DNA of 62,854 nucleotides, the filler included, from Dugesia japonica (Eukaryota), in NCBI GenBank assembly GCA_001938525.1. It is 6 parts of 6 records of this genome, joined end to end, with 100 filler letters (N's around TTAATTAATTAA, not from the genome) between each part and the next. Parts side by side here need not be neighbours in the genome. Positions count along the whole stretch, not along the records: positions 41,503 to 51,879 come from MQRL01301449.1; positions 51,980 to 62,854 come from MQRL01612449.1; 4 more parts are not named here. One strand, 5' to 3'. The translations under genes were made by a program, and so were the position numbers. This document shows, piece after piece, positions 50,025 to 62,854 of the stretch; the stretch's first letter is position 1, and each line of letters starts with the position of its first letter. Below the pieces are notes generated by a model. That model was given only the letters and a program-made list of their open reading frames with translations, had not been told where the DNA came from and searched no databases.

Positions 50025-51300
50025 CTAAATGACCTTGGTCGTATAATGCTTTGTTTGGCACCACCACAATAATTGTAGTGACATATAATTTATAGTGATC
50101 CTCAATCGCAGAACAGATTTGTTAATCCTCAATGATGAGATGAATTGTTCGCATAAATATGTACTACCAAATATTGACATCATCCTGGCACACACAGCGA
50201 GTAAATTTGCATATATATCGCGTTGCAAGCATTTAAAGAAATCCATAAGATCAACAGCTATATACTTTTGTTTTAAAATAGTGCCACATTGAAGTTCCAA
50301 TATCTCCATTTGTGATTAATCGAGGACACTCTATACACCCACTGCAAATAGCGCAACAAAAATTTAAAATTGTTGTTAAAGCTTTCTAAATTCCTGAAAA
50401 CGGCTGTCGAATTCTATCCACAAACTTAAAATTATACCTACGAATTCCTTCATTGGCTCAGATTTTACTCTTGCTACCTACTGCAAATCTGAAAAATAAG
50501 GCAACTTACCGTAGTCAAATTGGTTTTCGCATAACAAGAGCTTGGATTTGAACGACTTCCCACTATCAAAAATTTGAACAATCATCTGATTTGCACCTTA
50601 TGCTTTAAGTTCAGTTCATTCAAATGCATTATGGTATCAGTCAGAAACGCTAAACGAGATATAAATTCTGAGTCAGCAAGCTGAGGAACATCTTTATCCT
50701 TTATTGCCATGAATAGAACTATTTCTTGTCGCAAAGCAAAAATCCTCTTTAGAGCATTTTATCTATTTAACCATCTAACTTTGGTGTGAAACAGTAATTC
50801 ACCNTAATCAATGTATAGGGTAAACTGAAAGTAATTGAACTGTCTGTGAATGAGACCTCTTGTACGTATAAAGTTGATATTACGTACAAAAACGTACATA
50901 ACTTCATCCATATGCAGACTTTTGCAACAGAGTACTTCTTAATGAATTTTACAATATACTAATGTGAAAGTGCCAGTCACACAAAGATATTACAGTTTCT
51001 CTTTCATTAATCCAACAACGCCATTTTTTCCAGAGCATATTGCTGGTGCACTATCAGTTGCTACAGACACAANTTTCTCTCACAGTAATCCAGAATTTTC
51101 AAAGCATATTTCCAGTTCATGAAATATCTCACGCCCTGTTGCTGTGCCTTTAAGAATCAGGATAATCAGTAATTCTTCTGTTACATTCAGAGCTTTGTCA
51201 ACTTCTCAAATAAATGCTGCACATTTGGAGGTATCGGTTATGAATGCTCTTACATCAAGAGTAATTGACCATGCTTTAAATCATTTTGCATTGAATCATT
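50025..51300 (-). mobile_element. hAT Buster/Charlie (GTF2IRD2/SPIN-like) transposase pseudogene
   Basis: VATDSAPAICSGKNGVVG, HTKVRWLN, LRQEIVLF, MEILELQC, MSIFGSTYLCEQFISSLRINKS. Confidence 0.88.
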
Positions 51301-52079
51301 GATGTGTTTATCAAATAAAATTTTTCAAAAGGCGAACATGAAAAATGTATAAATTTACTACGATCAAAGCAGAGTACTAAAGTAGTGAGACATGTCAGCA
51401 TGACACCACCCCCCCCCCTAGACAAAGAAAATTTCTAGATTAGGATGACTCATCGTTTTTTTTTAAAATTTATTTTCCCTAAAACTTTATTTACATTTTT
51501 AATAATAAGGAAGAAAATAAAATAACTCTGGTTATAATAACATTTATTAACATAAATTTAAACACAATTAACATTTAATAAACAGAATTAATATCGTAGT
51601 TTTTTATTACACTTTGGAAATATTGAATCCATAAATTTTCTTTTCAAATTGTCCTTTTTCTCTAAACAATTTTCGCCATTGTTATCTTCTTTATGATATT
51701 CTTCAAAAATGTTGATAACTTTTTCTATATCAACTCCAGTGATTTTCTTTATTTTGAACCAAATCATTTCTGGTGCGCAATAAATCATCTCCTCTCTACC
51801 ACCACGATAAAGAAGCGCGAGTAAATCCATGAACAATTCTAAAAAAAAAATAAATAATATAATTCAAATGAAATTAAACNNNNNNNNNNNNNNNNNNNNN
51901 NNNNNNNNNNNNNNNNNNNNNNNTTAATTAATTAANNNNNNNNNNNNNNNNNNNNNNNNNNNNNNNNNNNNNNNNNNNNATTTGAACTTGTTTTACAAAT
52001 AAATTTTGTTTTGTTTTGATCGAAGCCTTATCTTATTTTAATGAAATAAATAATAATTATTTAATAGATTTGGTTTTAT

Positions 52080-52920
52080 CTAAAGTACGTTTAATTTTGA
52101 ATTTTTAGTATTTTTCATTCGGTTTTGAACAGCTTTTCTTATTTCATTTACTTCTCTTTCATTAAAATTGACGTGCATTTTCAATATTTTAATCAATTCT
52201 TTATTTTCTATATTTAAATCATCAGTTTCTTTACCTAAGATTTCTACAGCGTCTTGAACTTTACGTAAATCTATGTAAAATTCAGGTGTTAAAACAGATT
52301 TACTAACTACCGATAGTTGAATTTTATTATATTCATCTTTAATTTTATTTTGAAATTCAGGACTATTGCCAATTTCTTCAATCATATCATCAATCATTTT
52401 TTAAAATTTAATTTAATTGATCTGTTAACTTTTTTTCTTCAATTAATTTAAGATTTTCTTCATCTAAATCACAAATCGTATGACCCATTATTTCAATACA
52501 ATGTATGTAATGTTTGCTTTTAATAAAAAGATCTAAATATAATTCAGCTTCATTAATTATAGATAGCTGCTGTACTTTATCATATCTTTAATTTTATTTT
52601 TAAACTCATCAGTATTAGTTAGTTCTTCATTCATTTTTACAATTAATTTTCAGGATTTAATTGATTAGTTAATCTTTTATTTTCTTCAACTATTCTTTTT
52701 TCTAATATTAATTTATAATTTTTTATACTTGATTTCTCAATTTTATCATCCAGTTTTTCAATTTTTTCATTCAACATATCAGTATAAAACTCATATTGTT
52801 TGAACCTATTAAAAAAACTTTCTGCTACTTCAGGTCCATCAGTTACAGCTATTTCCTCTACTTCTTCATGGAGATCTTTTATACTATTTTTAAATTCAGG
52901 ATTACTAATTATTGAATTAT
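52080..52920 (-). CDS. Tandem triplet of small paralogous coiled-coil ORFs (52397-52080 intact; 52634-~52410 frameshifted; ~52920-52644 without a clear ATG)
   Basis: Shared motif NSPEFQNKIKD / NTDEFKNKIKD / SNPEFKNSIKD. The first two also share EI.G....DL..EN..LI. Confidence 0.65.
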
Positions 52921-53070
52921 ATTAAAATAAAGCAATTAAACAAGTGATTTTTTATATTTAAAAATTAGCTTTTTTCTTTTTATTAATAATTAAATTAGCT
53001 TTTTATTATTTAAATAACTTTTATTATTATTTCGTTTCATTTATTTAAAATAATGTAATTTATTGAAGTT

Positions 53071-53316
53071 CAGTAGAAGTCAAATAGGTGGAATGAGCCT
53101 TATGGCGCGCTTTTTCCATTTTCGAGCCACTTTTAAATGATTATTAATAAATTTTATTTAAAAAATTTACTAAATTTATTGAATTTCTTATTTTTGTTTC
53201 GAATTCTCAGTTTTTTATCTTTGAGGAGCGAAAAACCTTAGAAAGTGGTCATTTTGAGAGTGACGAAAAATGCAAAAAACGTGTTAGGGCTCATTCCACC
53301 AATTTCATTTCTACTG
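53071..53316. mobile_element. 246-bp MITE with ~29-bp TIRs (CAGTAGAAGTC...) and a candidate 3-bp TSD (GTT)
   Basis: cagtagaagtcaaataggtggaatgagcc pairs with ggctcattccaccaatttcatttctactg; gtt on both flanks. Confidence 0.8.
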
Positions 53317-55189
53317 GTTTCTTTTTCTTGACTGGGGCTTTCTAATAATAATAATAATATGAAGATTTAAATAGTATTAACACAGACACCATACCGGATA
53401 TAGTTTAGATTACACAGGATAACAGCACAGCACATATATTGTTTATATAGCACAGCAAAACATAATATATAGTTTAGTAACTCTATTTTACAATTACAAT
53501 AATTGCGAGAATAATTCTTGGACCTAACCATTGATCGCACTTGAGATTTCGTTGAAATAATGGTTTCGATAAAATTTAATTGCTGTTTTTTAGATATTCG
53601 GATTTTTGACTATTATCTTCTTCAGAATATAACTTTATGATATATTTAAATGATATTAGAAAATTTTTACAAAATTGCTGGTATTTAATTAAAATTTTAT
53701 TGGATGATTATAATAAAATTTAAATTAAATTGAAATTATTAAATGTTATATTATTAAATTGTATTTTTTTNNNNNNNNNNTCAATTTTAATTTTAATTAT
53801 AATCATCATAAACTACATTAATTTTATTCAAATAGAACAATAAATATAAAAATATATGTTTTTATTATTAAATATTATATTTTTAAAATTTTTATTTCTT
53901 TTAGTTTTGTTTTCATCATGTTTCGTGGTCCCAAATGTATTTTTGATGGTAGAAATATATGCAATAAAACTATCACTTATAAAATAACCAAAGTTTAAAT
54001 AAAATTACAAATTTTTATTAAAATAATTTATCACTATTAAAAAGAAAATGTTAAAAATATTTACAAATTTCAAATGCATTTGTTGAAATATACCGTGAGA
54101 AAACAATCATGAATTATACCAATTATACCAATTGTCGCTTTTTATTATCTAATAAAATGAAGATGAAACAAAATATAAAAACCATACTATAAATTATTCT
54201 AACAGAAAATATCATAGTGGCAAAATAAATTATTATTAAAAATACTGTAATTATGATGGAATCACTAACTATAAGTTTACTACTGCAACTAAAATTAAAT
54301 AATAGCCATAAGATTAATAGGTTACGTATGAACAAGTACAAATTATATGTAATATATTTAATATTTCATGAACAAATTAAAAAAGCAAATTTAATTCAAA
54401 CTAATAAAATACTTTGTTTTTTTGGGATTTATATTAAAAGAATTCCCAATATATTTTAATCTGACTTTGAGTTTATTAATTTAAATAAAAACTCAACGAA
54501 ATGTTAGTATTTGAATACAAATAAATAAAAGTATATTAAAATTTCAAAAATAATTAGTTATACACTGTCATCACACTAAAAATATTTTTTTCAAATTCCC
54601 TAAAAATAGGATAAAAATAGTGATTTTTAATTATTTATTAAGCACTTTTGCATTAAAATTTTTNNNNNNNNNNNNNNNNNNNNNNNNNNNNNNNNNNNNN
54701 NNNNNNNNNNNNNAAAACAAATCAATACAATACCAATACCAATATAATTTATTGAAACGATTTGTGGTTTTATATCATGATTAAGACGCTTGAAAAGGAT
54801 CTTAGAATACAATTACCAAACTCACTATCCAAATAAGCTAAAATCAATATCAAAATTAAACATACCAGACATATAATTGTTTGTGCATGAAATAAAATTA
54901 GAGATCACAGAAAACAAAATTTCAATAAACTATAAGGTATTCCATTTCAATAAAACATATTATTCGTGTACTAATTTTTCAAAGTTTCAATTAAGTTGAA
55001 AAAAGGATTAGGTGGAGAGAATCCACGAATCGCTAGATAAATTACATAAATTCAGAACAAAAATGTTTAGCAATTCGTTGAACTAAATTAGGGAGAATGT
55101 CGCCGTCAATCTCAAATGAAACTGAGTAGTCATCATTGTTCCACGTATCATGTGCTACGTAAAGTGGCCAGTCAGCGATGTAATGTGTA

Positions 55190-56510
55190 ATATTTCCTTA
55201 AGATTTTCAGAGACTTGTCTGTGATCTGAACACACATCTAGAAACTTCGCTCAACATCATTTTAAATAATATGAGCAAATTTAAAAGTTAATATTTCGCT
55301 AACGGTATACTTTTCAGTGTGATCTCAAAAAGAAAAATTGTCTATCTAAAGATTCAGAAATATCCTTTAATACAGAAAACCCCACATTCTTGTCAATAAC
55401 AGAAGAAAGTTTTTCTTTTATAAAATTTGTTTCTTTAGCGCATATATTGCCAATTCTATCAATCACATTGGTCACTATTTCGATTTAAATGAATTGTGAT
55501 AGACTATTTGACTCAAAACGGGTGATTGAATCTCCAAAAATCATAATTTGAAATAATATATGTGATTTCAATTTTGATTGATTTTTCAGAAAAAAAGATC
55601 TTGTGCAATTTTTATTAATTTTTATAGTGACTATCAGTTTGGAAGTAAGGCAAGTCTGTCTCCAAACTTTTGAAAATCTAAATCCTAGACAAAAGCTTTT
55701 TTGACTTTAGAAATAATACGATCGACATTTCCGTACATTACATGGATTTGTTCACAGACTCTGTGAATTCCACGAATGAGACATGTCAAGTGAGTTATTT
55801 TGGGATAAAAAAATCTTGTATAGCATGTGCTGCTTTTACCACGTATCTTGCAACATCTGATATAAATAGCAAAATGAAATCCTTATTAAAATCATCTCAA
55901 AATTTTGATTGAGTCATCAAAAAGACATGCAATCGTCGAATGATTTGCATATTCTAGAATAGAAAAATTTAATAAATATCTCTGGTTTGCTATTTGTTCA
56001 TTTTTATCCAAAATACCAATAACGACATTTACCACGTATCTGCCAGATATATTTGTTGTTTCATCTATTGATAACCACAAAAAAACGATTTTAGATGCAT
56101 TTTTTAATATTCTCAATTGTTGTATAGTATATATTTAAACATATTTGTGCGAATAGTAGTTCCAGATGGGACTTTGCGACCAGTATGCATTTCGAGAAAT
56201 AATTTTACTTTTTCATGTCTTAAAGGTATATCTCCAGCGAAAAAGTCTATGGAAAGATCACTGGAAAATTAGTCATCCCCAGATCTATTTGAATTTTCCC
56301 CAGTTAACGATTGGGTAGATTTTTTGGCTACACTCTTTCCCTTAAGTTAAATGTTTTTATTTCTCCAACTGTTGTTTTACAGTACATAGTTTGCCACATG
56401 AAACCGATTTATTGCATAGTTTACAGAACAGAATTTTTTCATATGTTTTAAATTTAGAGTATTTGCTCACATACTGATTTAGCTTTTTTTGAGATTCATG
56501 TATTTGGCAT
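55190..56510 (-). mobile_element. hAT transposase pseudogene (CGGBP1/DUF659-like)
   Basis: LWLSIDETTNISGRYVVNVVIGIL, NHSTIACLFDDS, FISDVARYVVKAA, THLTCL...IHRVCE. Confidence 0.8.
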
Positions 56511-56738
56511 TTTCTATTGTTTTACTTATTAATACAAAGATAAGCTATCATGTCGAGTGCAGTCAAAATATTTCCTTAGAAGAAATTTTAAATATAAAAT
56601 TCAGTAACGATTCGATTTAGGTTTTTAATTTTTTCTAAAAACAATCAATTATAATTTAAATTAAAACCATCCAAATATATACATACATATTTTTGGTTAA
56701 CTTAATAATAACTAAATACACATTTGAAATAATTTTAA

Positions 56739-57880
56739 TTACTCCATAATGTTGATACGTTTCTCATAATATTTCTTGAAATAATCCAAAAATCTTCTCT
56801 TTATACTGTTTTTAAATTCAAATTTTAAGTCAGGTATATGAAATTGATAGTTAATATTATTCTTTAGTTCTCTTTGAAGCTTATTCCACCTTTCTTTGCT
56901 AATTTTCTTTCCTAATACGATCTCAGTCAGGCTCTTTCCAGTCGTCTTCTGCATTATTTCATTCAATGTAAATTCAATATGACTTCAAACAAAGTGTTAG
57001 CTTCTAATCTGTTTGTCTTCTTATTAGTTGCTGTTGTCACTACTTTGCTCTTCTGACAAAGTTCAAAACTACGAACTATCTTCTGTATTTGCTCCACAAA
57101 TTCTTCGCAATGTATTTGTCTCTCATATATTTGTTGACTTTCTCAACTCCTGCATAACATAATAATTAGTGTATTGCTTCTATTGTTTCATTTTTCTTTG
57201 CCATCCGGAAGTTTAATTTTCTTAATTAAATTTTTTTCTTCAGAAATTTTTAATTGATCCACTTTTCTTTTTCTACTTTGTTCAGTACTCTTGTTTTAAT
57301 CTTCCCTTTCTTTGCATCTTCATGTGACATTTGACATTGTACACATACCTCAAATTTTGGTCTAGATAACATATCTGCATTACCATGTTGAATTCCTTTT
57401 CTATATTATAACATGATGTCTAGACTACTCAGATAATTAATCCATGTCTGGAACTGTGACGCAATCTGTTTCTTTGTCGTCAACATGAAATTTAGAACTT
57501 TATGATCTGTTCTAAGAATAATCTTCTACCGAATAAGTAATGCTTGAAATACATTCAGAAATAATAAACAGCCAATAACTCTTTTCGTGTAATGAAATAT
57601 TCCTTCTCACAACTCATCATTGATAATTATCCATAGGCAACAACTCTTTCGCTTCCTACTTCATCTCTCAATGACAATATTTCTCTGATTGTATCGTAAC
57701 TGGAATCTGTAACTAATATAAATTCTCTGTTTGTCTGGAAAACACAATTTGGGCGCAGTCGTTAGGGCTTTCTACAGACTCTCAAAGTATCGTTTATTTC
57801 ATCTGTTCATTCTAACTTCTTGTTGCTTGATCCACTACACAACTGTTCTAAGATTCAATGTTTTCCGTTTTATGACGTTG
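56739..57880 (-). mobile_element. Degraded Gypsy pol (RNase H, integrase)
   Basis: FILVTDSSYDTI, ERVVAYG, YFITRKELLAV, ILRTDHKVL, IQHGNADMLSR, integrase H..LCY and C.LCQK traces. Confidence 0.85.
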
Positions 57881-58783
57881 TTTTAGTGAAATTTCATGTT
57901 TGTATTGAAAGTTGAAGACTTCACTTTCTTTCTGTTTGAAATATTCTTTAATTCTAGTTCGGGTGGTTCTACATATTTTTCCTTAAACAAGATACATTTT
58001 ATTTAGACGTGACATCTTTTATTGCATATATTTCAACCATCACAAGTGCATTTGGGACCACAAAAATCTGACTTAGTTTCTGTAATTGGATACCCAAAGG
58101 TGCTTGCTTCAAACACTGTCAACTTTATAATAATTAAAATTTACTTCAATAAATTATCCAATAAAATGCATACAAAATAAAAAATTGTAAATGTTTCTAA
58201 TATTGCTTGAATCAATCAAAAATTTAAATTCCCGAAGAAGATAGTCGAAAATTAACTACCAAAAAAGAAATGAAAAAACAAAACAATTTGATCAAAGCTT
58301 TCAATTTAATAAAATATAATATGGTATATTGCAAAGAACTCATCTGTTTGTGATTTAACATAAAATAATACAGACATAACTTAAGCGTTATTTAGAATGA
58401 ACAGCAGAAACTAGACTTATAATCATTGTTTTGAAGTACAGATTCATTAAATAAAGTTAATTGCATTCGTTTTTTTAAATTAGTAATTTATGTTTTATAA
58501 ATACAATAATATTTCCCATTTTTACAAATATAAGTGAAAATTTAAATAAATCATCCTACATTTATTGTCAATAAACAAAAAAGCATACTTTATTGCAGCA
58601 TAAAAGAAAATTAAAGCACATTCGACAATTAACAATACAACCTAGCAAATGAAAAATGAAATCTATTAAGTATAATATTAATAATAGTAATGAAGAAATT
58701 CCTCATAAACCAAAGTATTTCAGAAGTGTCGGAATAAATTCGAAAAGTAAACAAACAATAATTTTGGATATTTGATAATAGAT

Positions 58784-59054
58784 TTAATTTAAATTAATAT
58801 TGAACTGTTCTCTGATGCAATCGACGAGATATTTTAACTCCTATTTAAAAATAATTTTAATTGATAATTATGACATTAAATACCAATATTTGGCCTCTTA
58901 TTGAATCTTCATCTATTGATGATCCCGAATTGAAGTCGTTCAAAGTCATTTTACAAGTTTCAATGTTATCCTTCAGTTTCCCGATATTTGAATTTAATGT
59001 ATCATTCAACTTTGAGTGAGAATTTGTTGATTGAAACACAATATATTCAGCTTC
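58784..59054 (-). CDS. Candidate last two exons of an unidentified host gene (59054-58884 and 58840-58784)
   Basis: tag acceptor, an open exon EAEYIVFQ..RGQIL, a 43-bp GT-AG intron, then in-frame ELKYLVDCIREQFNINLN*. Confidence 0.45.
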
Positions 59055-59629
59055 CTAGTTTTATACAATACTAATATACATTTTATCAAATAAATATAGT
59101 TGTTTATATTTAAAGAAAAAAATTAAAAATAGAATACACACAATTACTTTGATATATTTTAATTGGCATCTATGTAATTTTGGATTAATTTAAACTAATA
59201 AATCAAATCGGCTACCAGAATATGAAAAAAAATCTAATGTCTTCGGACAGACTTTAGTATCATTACNCTCAACAATGGGTTTATTATTTTATTGAGTATA
59301 AAAAGTACACTCAAAGTTTATTAGGTTTATTGTTTCGATATTATTTACACTCGGTGAAGCCTATTAAACTCAAAACATATTAAACATAAAGAAAATTAAA
59401 TACATACATATTATTAGTTAAATTCAAATCCTAACAACTCTCCTTAAATTGTATTTTATTATTACAAGTGTATTTGATTAAAAAAAATTATTTCAAGAAT
59501 AATTCATAGTATTCAAACAAATAATCTGAGAAAGTTTTCAATAAAATAATGAATTGTTGGATTTTGATCTTTTAATTTTTTCTCTATAACTCTCTGATCT
59601 CACTTACATATTTAATATTTCAACGTAAT

Positions 59630-61110
59630 GTCTAGGGGCATACCTAAAAACCCCAAGCATTTGTGTCACCTGTGACATGCCCCTCTTTTCCACGGATTCA
59701 GCGCGACTTTATGGTGTCGCGTCTTATTCACTTGATTCATGAACCCCAACACCAATCTCACTCATATAGTCAGTATTTTCTTTAACAATACAAACTCAAT
59801 GAATATAATCGGCCATACATAGCCGTTATTAAATCACACAGAAATCACACTAACATTGAAAACTATTTATTCATCTAAACAGGTACAATTAGGCGTCCAA
59901 ATCCACTGTATTAGTCTCTCCAACCGAATCGTCTGGCGTCGATCTATAGTTTCTCTATAGTTAAGCATAAGGTTCTCAAGGTGACAAACATGGAACTTTC
60001 CCGATCGGCTTATGTCTTGATAACATCCACCATGAACCGGTTTGCGTGCTGAAGGGACAATTTCTTTTCTTTAATCTGATTAAATTTTGCCGTTGACTTC
60101 ATCACCTGTACCTTCAGCCTCAGGATTTCATTCCGCAACTTGCGACGTTCTTCAGCCCATCGTTTCTTACATGCAAGTAATTCATTGTTTTTTATTTGAT
60201 CCTCATTAAGTTTCGACACAGAAATGTAAACGCAAATGATAACATTAAACGCACGATGATAAGTTGTGAAAATAAATTTAATTTAAAATTATTTTAATTG
60301 CTGTTACTCAAACAAGCATAAAACTCAAAAAATTACACTCAAAGTTGTACTGCCTCTGCATACTACTTTATCATGCTATATAAAACGAGGTGCAATACAT
60401 ATAACTAGATCATTATTACTATTTCAACAATCTATCAAAACAGAAATGACGAAACAAACTGAGCTAACAAAACTATTATCAACATTATGTTATCATCAAT
60501 CAGTAATGTGGTCTAGACACAGCGGTACCATGTCCTTCATTTGCATGAGCTCTCGGATAATACGAGCTTCCTTTGCTTCATCTTCTTCTGCACTTACTCC
60601 GACTATAGTATGGTTATGAGTACTTCAACCTCCTTCGCGGGTTCCAGACGCGCTTTCATCTTTCTTTATTTTTCTTCTTGCAGACATCTTCGCTGGTACT
60701 TCACCATGTGCCAATTTCCATTTTAATGGCTATCTGCAACTGAGCTGCTTCCAAATCTGCATATAAGCTTTGCATTATTAAGGCTTGCTCCTTCCTCACC
60801 TGAGCCATCATTGCTTGCACTTCTCTCCATTCAAGGTAATAGTTGCCATCCTGGTCTACATATGATGGTGCGACTGTCTCGACTTTCGTGTCTGCCTCTT
60901 GATCTTGTTTCAACTAATAAAAATTCATAAAGTGAGCATGATAAAAACGAAATACACAATTGTGAAACATTGAACAAATATTAAACATAAACGAGTTCTT
61001 CGGCCTATGGCCTAATGTGACTTCGCCCCCGCTTCTGTAGCGCGAACCAGAGAAGATGCCCACTAAAACAGCCATCTTTTCTAGTCCCGCCAGTGCGAAG
61101 CTCTAGCAAG
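59630..61110 (-). other. GC-rich cassette B: leader block 61110-60990, ORF blocks 60913-~60500 and 60219-~59910, and hairpins at 59634-59721
   Basis: Same layout as cassette A, and ORF 60219 aligns without gaps to the 19702-19380 frame. Confidence 0.6.
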
Positions 61111-61449
61111 AAGTTCCCTAACGATTTCCATAAGAGAATCTTTATTCGTCATGAAGTAACGTGGTTTCAATTCATTTAATTTATGATTTAATTATTATGC
61201 AATTTATTATACGATTATTTGCATATTCAAATGTCGAAAACTAAAGGAAAGAAAAATTGAGTGCATAATTATAATAACTGTATTCAACCTCCTTGAAAAA
61301 AATAAAATTGATACTGTGACAAAATTAACAAAATAATTATACACCTTTTCCGATTAAAAACACCAAAATAGAAAAAAAACTAAAAAATAAAGTTAAGGTA
61401 TTAAGTGGCACAAAATACCTTTTATTATTAACTAAAGTAAATCATAATA

Positions 61450-61930
61450 ATCGAGCTCCCATCCCACTCATGGCAATTTTGATCTAAATTTGTTTGTTCC
61501 TGAAAGCAGGATATTCTCATTCTATCAACCGTTCAACCTCTATCATTCCGTGTCCTCGTTTCCACTCAGTATAATTTTATATCTTTTCCATGGCATTTTG
61601 CTCTGATGTTACATTATCGCCATCGATTTTCTCTAATTTGACCCATAGCATTTGTCTCAATTTATTAATAATTCATTCAGCAACCTTTCACCAGGGTTTA
61701 CTTTCTATTCCTCTGAATAGGTATTTATATTCATTCCTTAATTTTATAACGACTTCTTCAATTGTATTTACTCGTCTCCCGATTTTAATTCTGTGGAACT
61801 TTCATATAATTATATTTTCACATTGATGTTAATAAGTACATTATGCCGTTTGCCATTGTTTCTCGAAGTTTCCTGTAACTGGTTACAATCAAATTGTTTC
61901 ATCTATTAATTTTAATTCTGTAAAATTTTT
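61450..61930 (-). mobile_element. Probable Gypsy integrase/pol 3' remnant upstream of cassette B
   Basis: Purine-rich decayed coding-like sequence with a KQFDCNQ-type integrase trace; weak motif support. Confidence 0.4.
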
Positions 61931-62102
61931 GTAAAATTTTATTTTTACTGGATGGGGGCACGACTATACGACTTCCTAAGACACTCGAACATGCAAGGTA
62001 TACATAGTAATATTATAAAAAAATTGATTAAAAATTTTCTTTTAATGTTTCGATCTTATCCACTGGTAAATGTTAACAATTGCAGTTAGGCAAAATTCTT
62101 AC

Positions 62103-62220
62103 AAGTTGTAATAAATAATTCAAAATTAATCGAAAAAGAGCGTTGTAATAAATAATTCACAATTGATTGCAAAAAAGGTGTTGTAATAAATACTTTAAAA
62201 TTAAAATGAAAAAGTGTTGA
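62103..62220 (+). repeat. ~37-bp tandem repeat, about three copies
   Basis: gttgtaataaataattca.aatt.at...aaaa.g recurs at ~62105, ~62142 and ~62180. Confidence 0.8.
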
Positions 62221-62854
62221 TTTTCTCCGATTATTCCAATTTTATTGCTACCAGCGTGTAGGAAAAATGAACTGCTGGTTAGCCAGCCAATCAGAACGGT
62301 TAATTCTCCTTTTACTACCGCTGATTGGAGGCTAGTCTAAGTTTCCTTGGTGTGCTTTTCTCTTATTGTTGGGTGTGATTTCATCCAACACACCAACTTA
62401 CAATTTCCAAATTATTCAGCCGGTCACCTCGTATGACCTCTGAATAATCGGTTTCGTTTCTATGCAAAGTCCTTATCTTAATCANNNNNNNNNNNNNNNN
62501 NNNNNNNNNNNNNNNNNNNNNNNNNNNNNNNNNNNNNNNNNNGCAAGATAACTAGGCCAGAATTAATTAATGAATTTAATAATATTAAATGGAAAATTGC
62601 ATTATTATAATAAATAAAAACGGGTCGTAGATGCCTTTCTAATATAATATTATAATATATTATTTTTATTATTTAACTTTTCATTTACTTTCATTTCTGC
62701 GTCGTTAAATTTGGGTCTTTTACGCCCGATTTTCCTTTTTCGATCTTATTATAATAATTCATAATAATAATAATTATTTAATAATAATCTTAATTGTAAT
62801 TGCTGGCCCAGCACATCATAATTTGTAATTTAATAGTTATTTCAACCGACGTTT

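Noticed and set aside
59209-59218. PBS-like TGGTAGCCGA on the minus strand
   Set aside because: Short match, no clear adjacent LTR CA end and no gag downstream.

Overview
Very AT-rich animal genomic DNA, not prokaryotic. It has 43-46-bp GT-AG introns and Frizzled, NSD-type PWWP and prominin-like genes. This profile fits a triclad flatworm (planarian), but that assignment is inference only. The window is not one continuous locus: five identical 100-bp N44-TTAATTAATTAA-N44 spacers join six segments of about 8.5-12 kb, so synteny across a spacer means nothing. Host genes: a Frizzled CRD gene (5' exons), an NSD-family PWWP gene (5' exons), a 760-aa single-ORF prominin-like protein, a GT32 glycosyltransferase pseudo-exon and an unidentified 3' gene end. 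Most of the rest is decayed mobile DNA. That includes an endogenous Polinton/adintovirus-like genome piece (pX-like protein, conserved core ORF, penton, adenain, pPolB), two fragments of a second pPolB lineage, several Ty3/Gypsy remnants, Merlin, mariner, three hAT types, a Penelope 3' end, MITEs, palindromes and satellites. Two signals stand out. (1) Two unlinked GC-rich cassettes next to Gypsy pol remnants carry short coiled-coil ORFs that mostly begin at splice acceptors and align without gaps (RW..E/R.K/I....DRE), each followed by a hairpin cluster. This is a candidate undescribed accessory-gene system of an LTR retrotransposon. (2) A small coiled-coil ORF family appears once beside the Polinton pPolB and as a tandem triplet on another segment. 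All homology calls come from motifs read by eye; no database searches were run.
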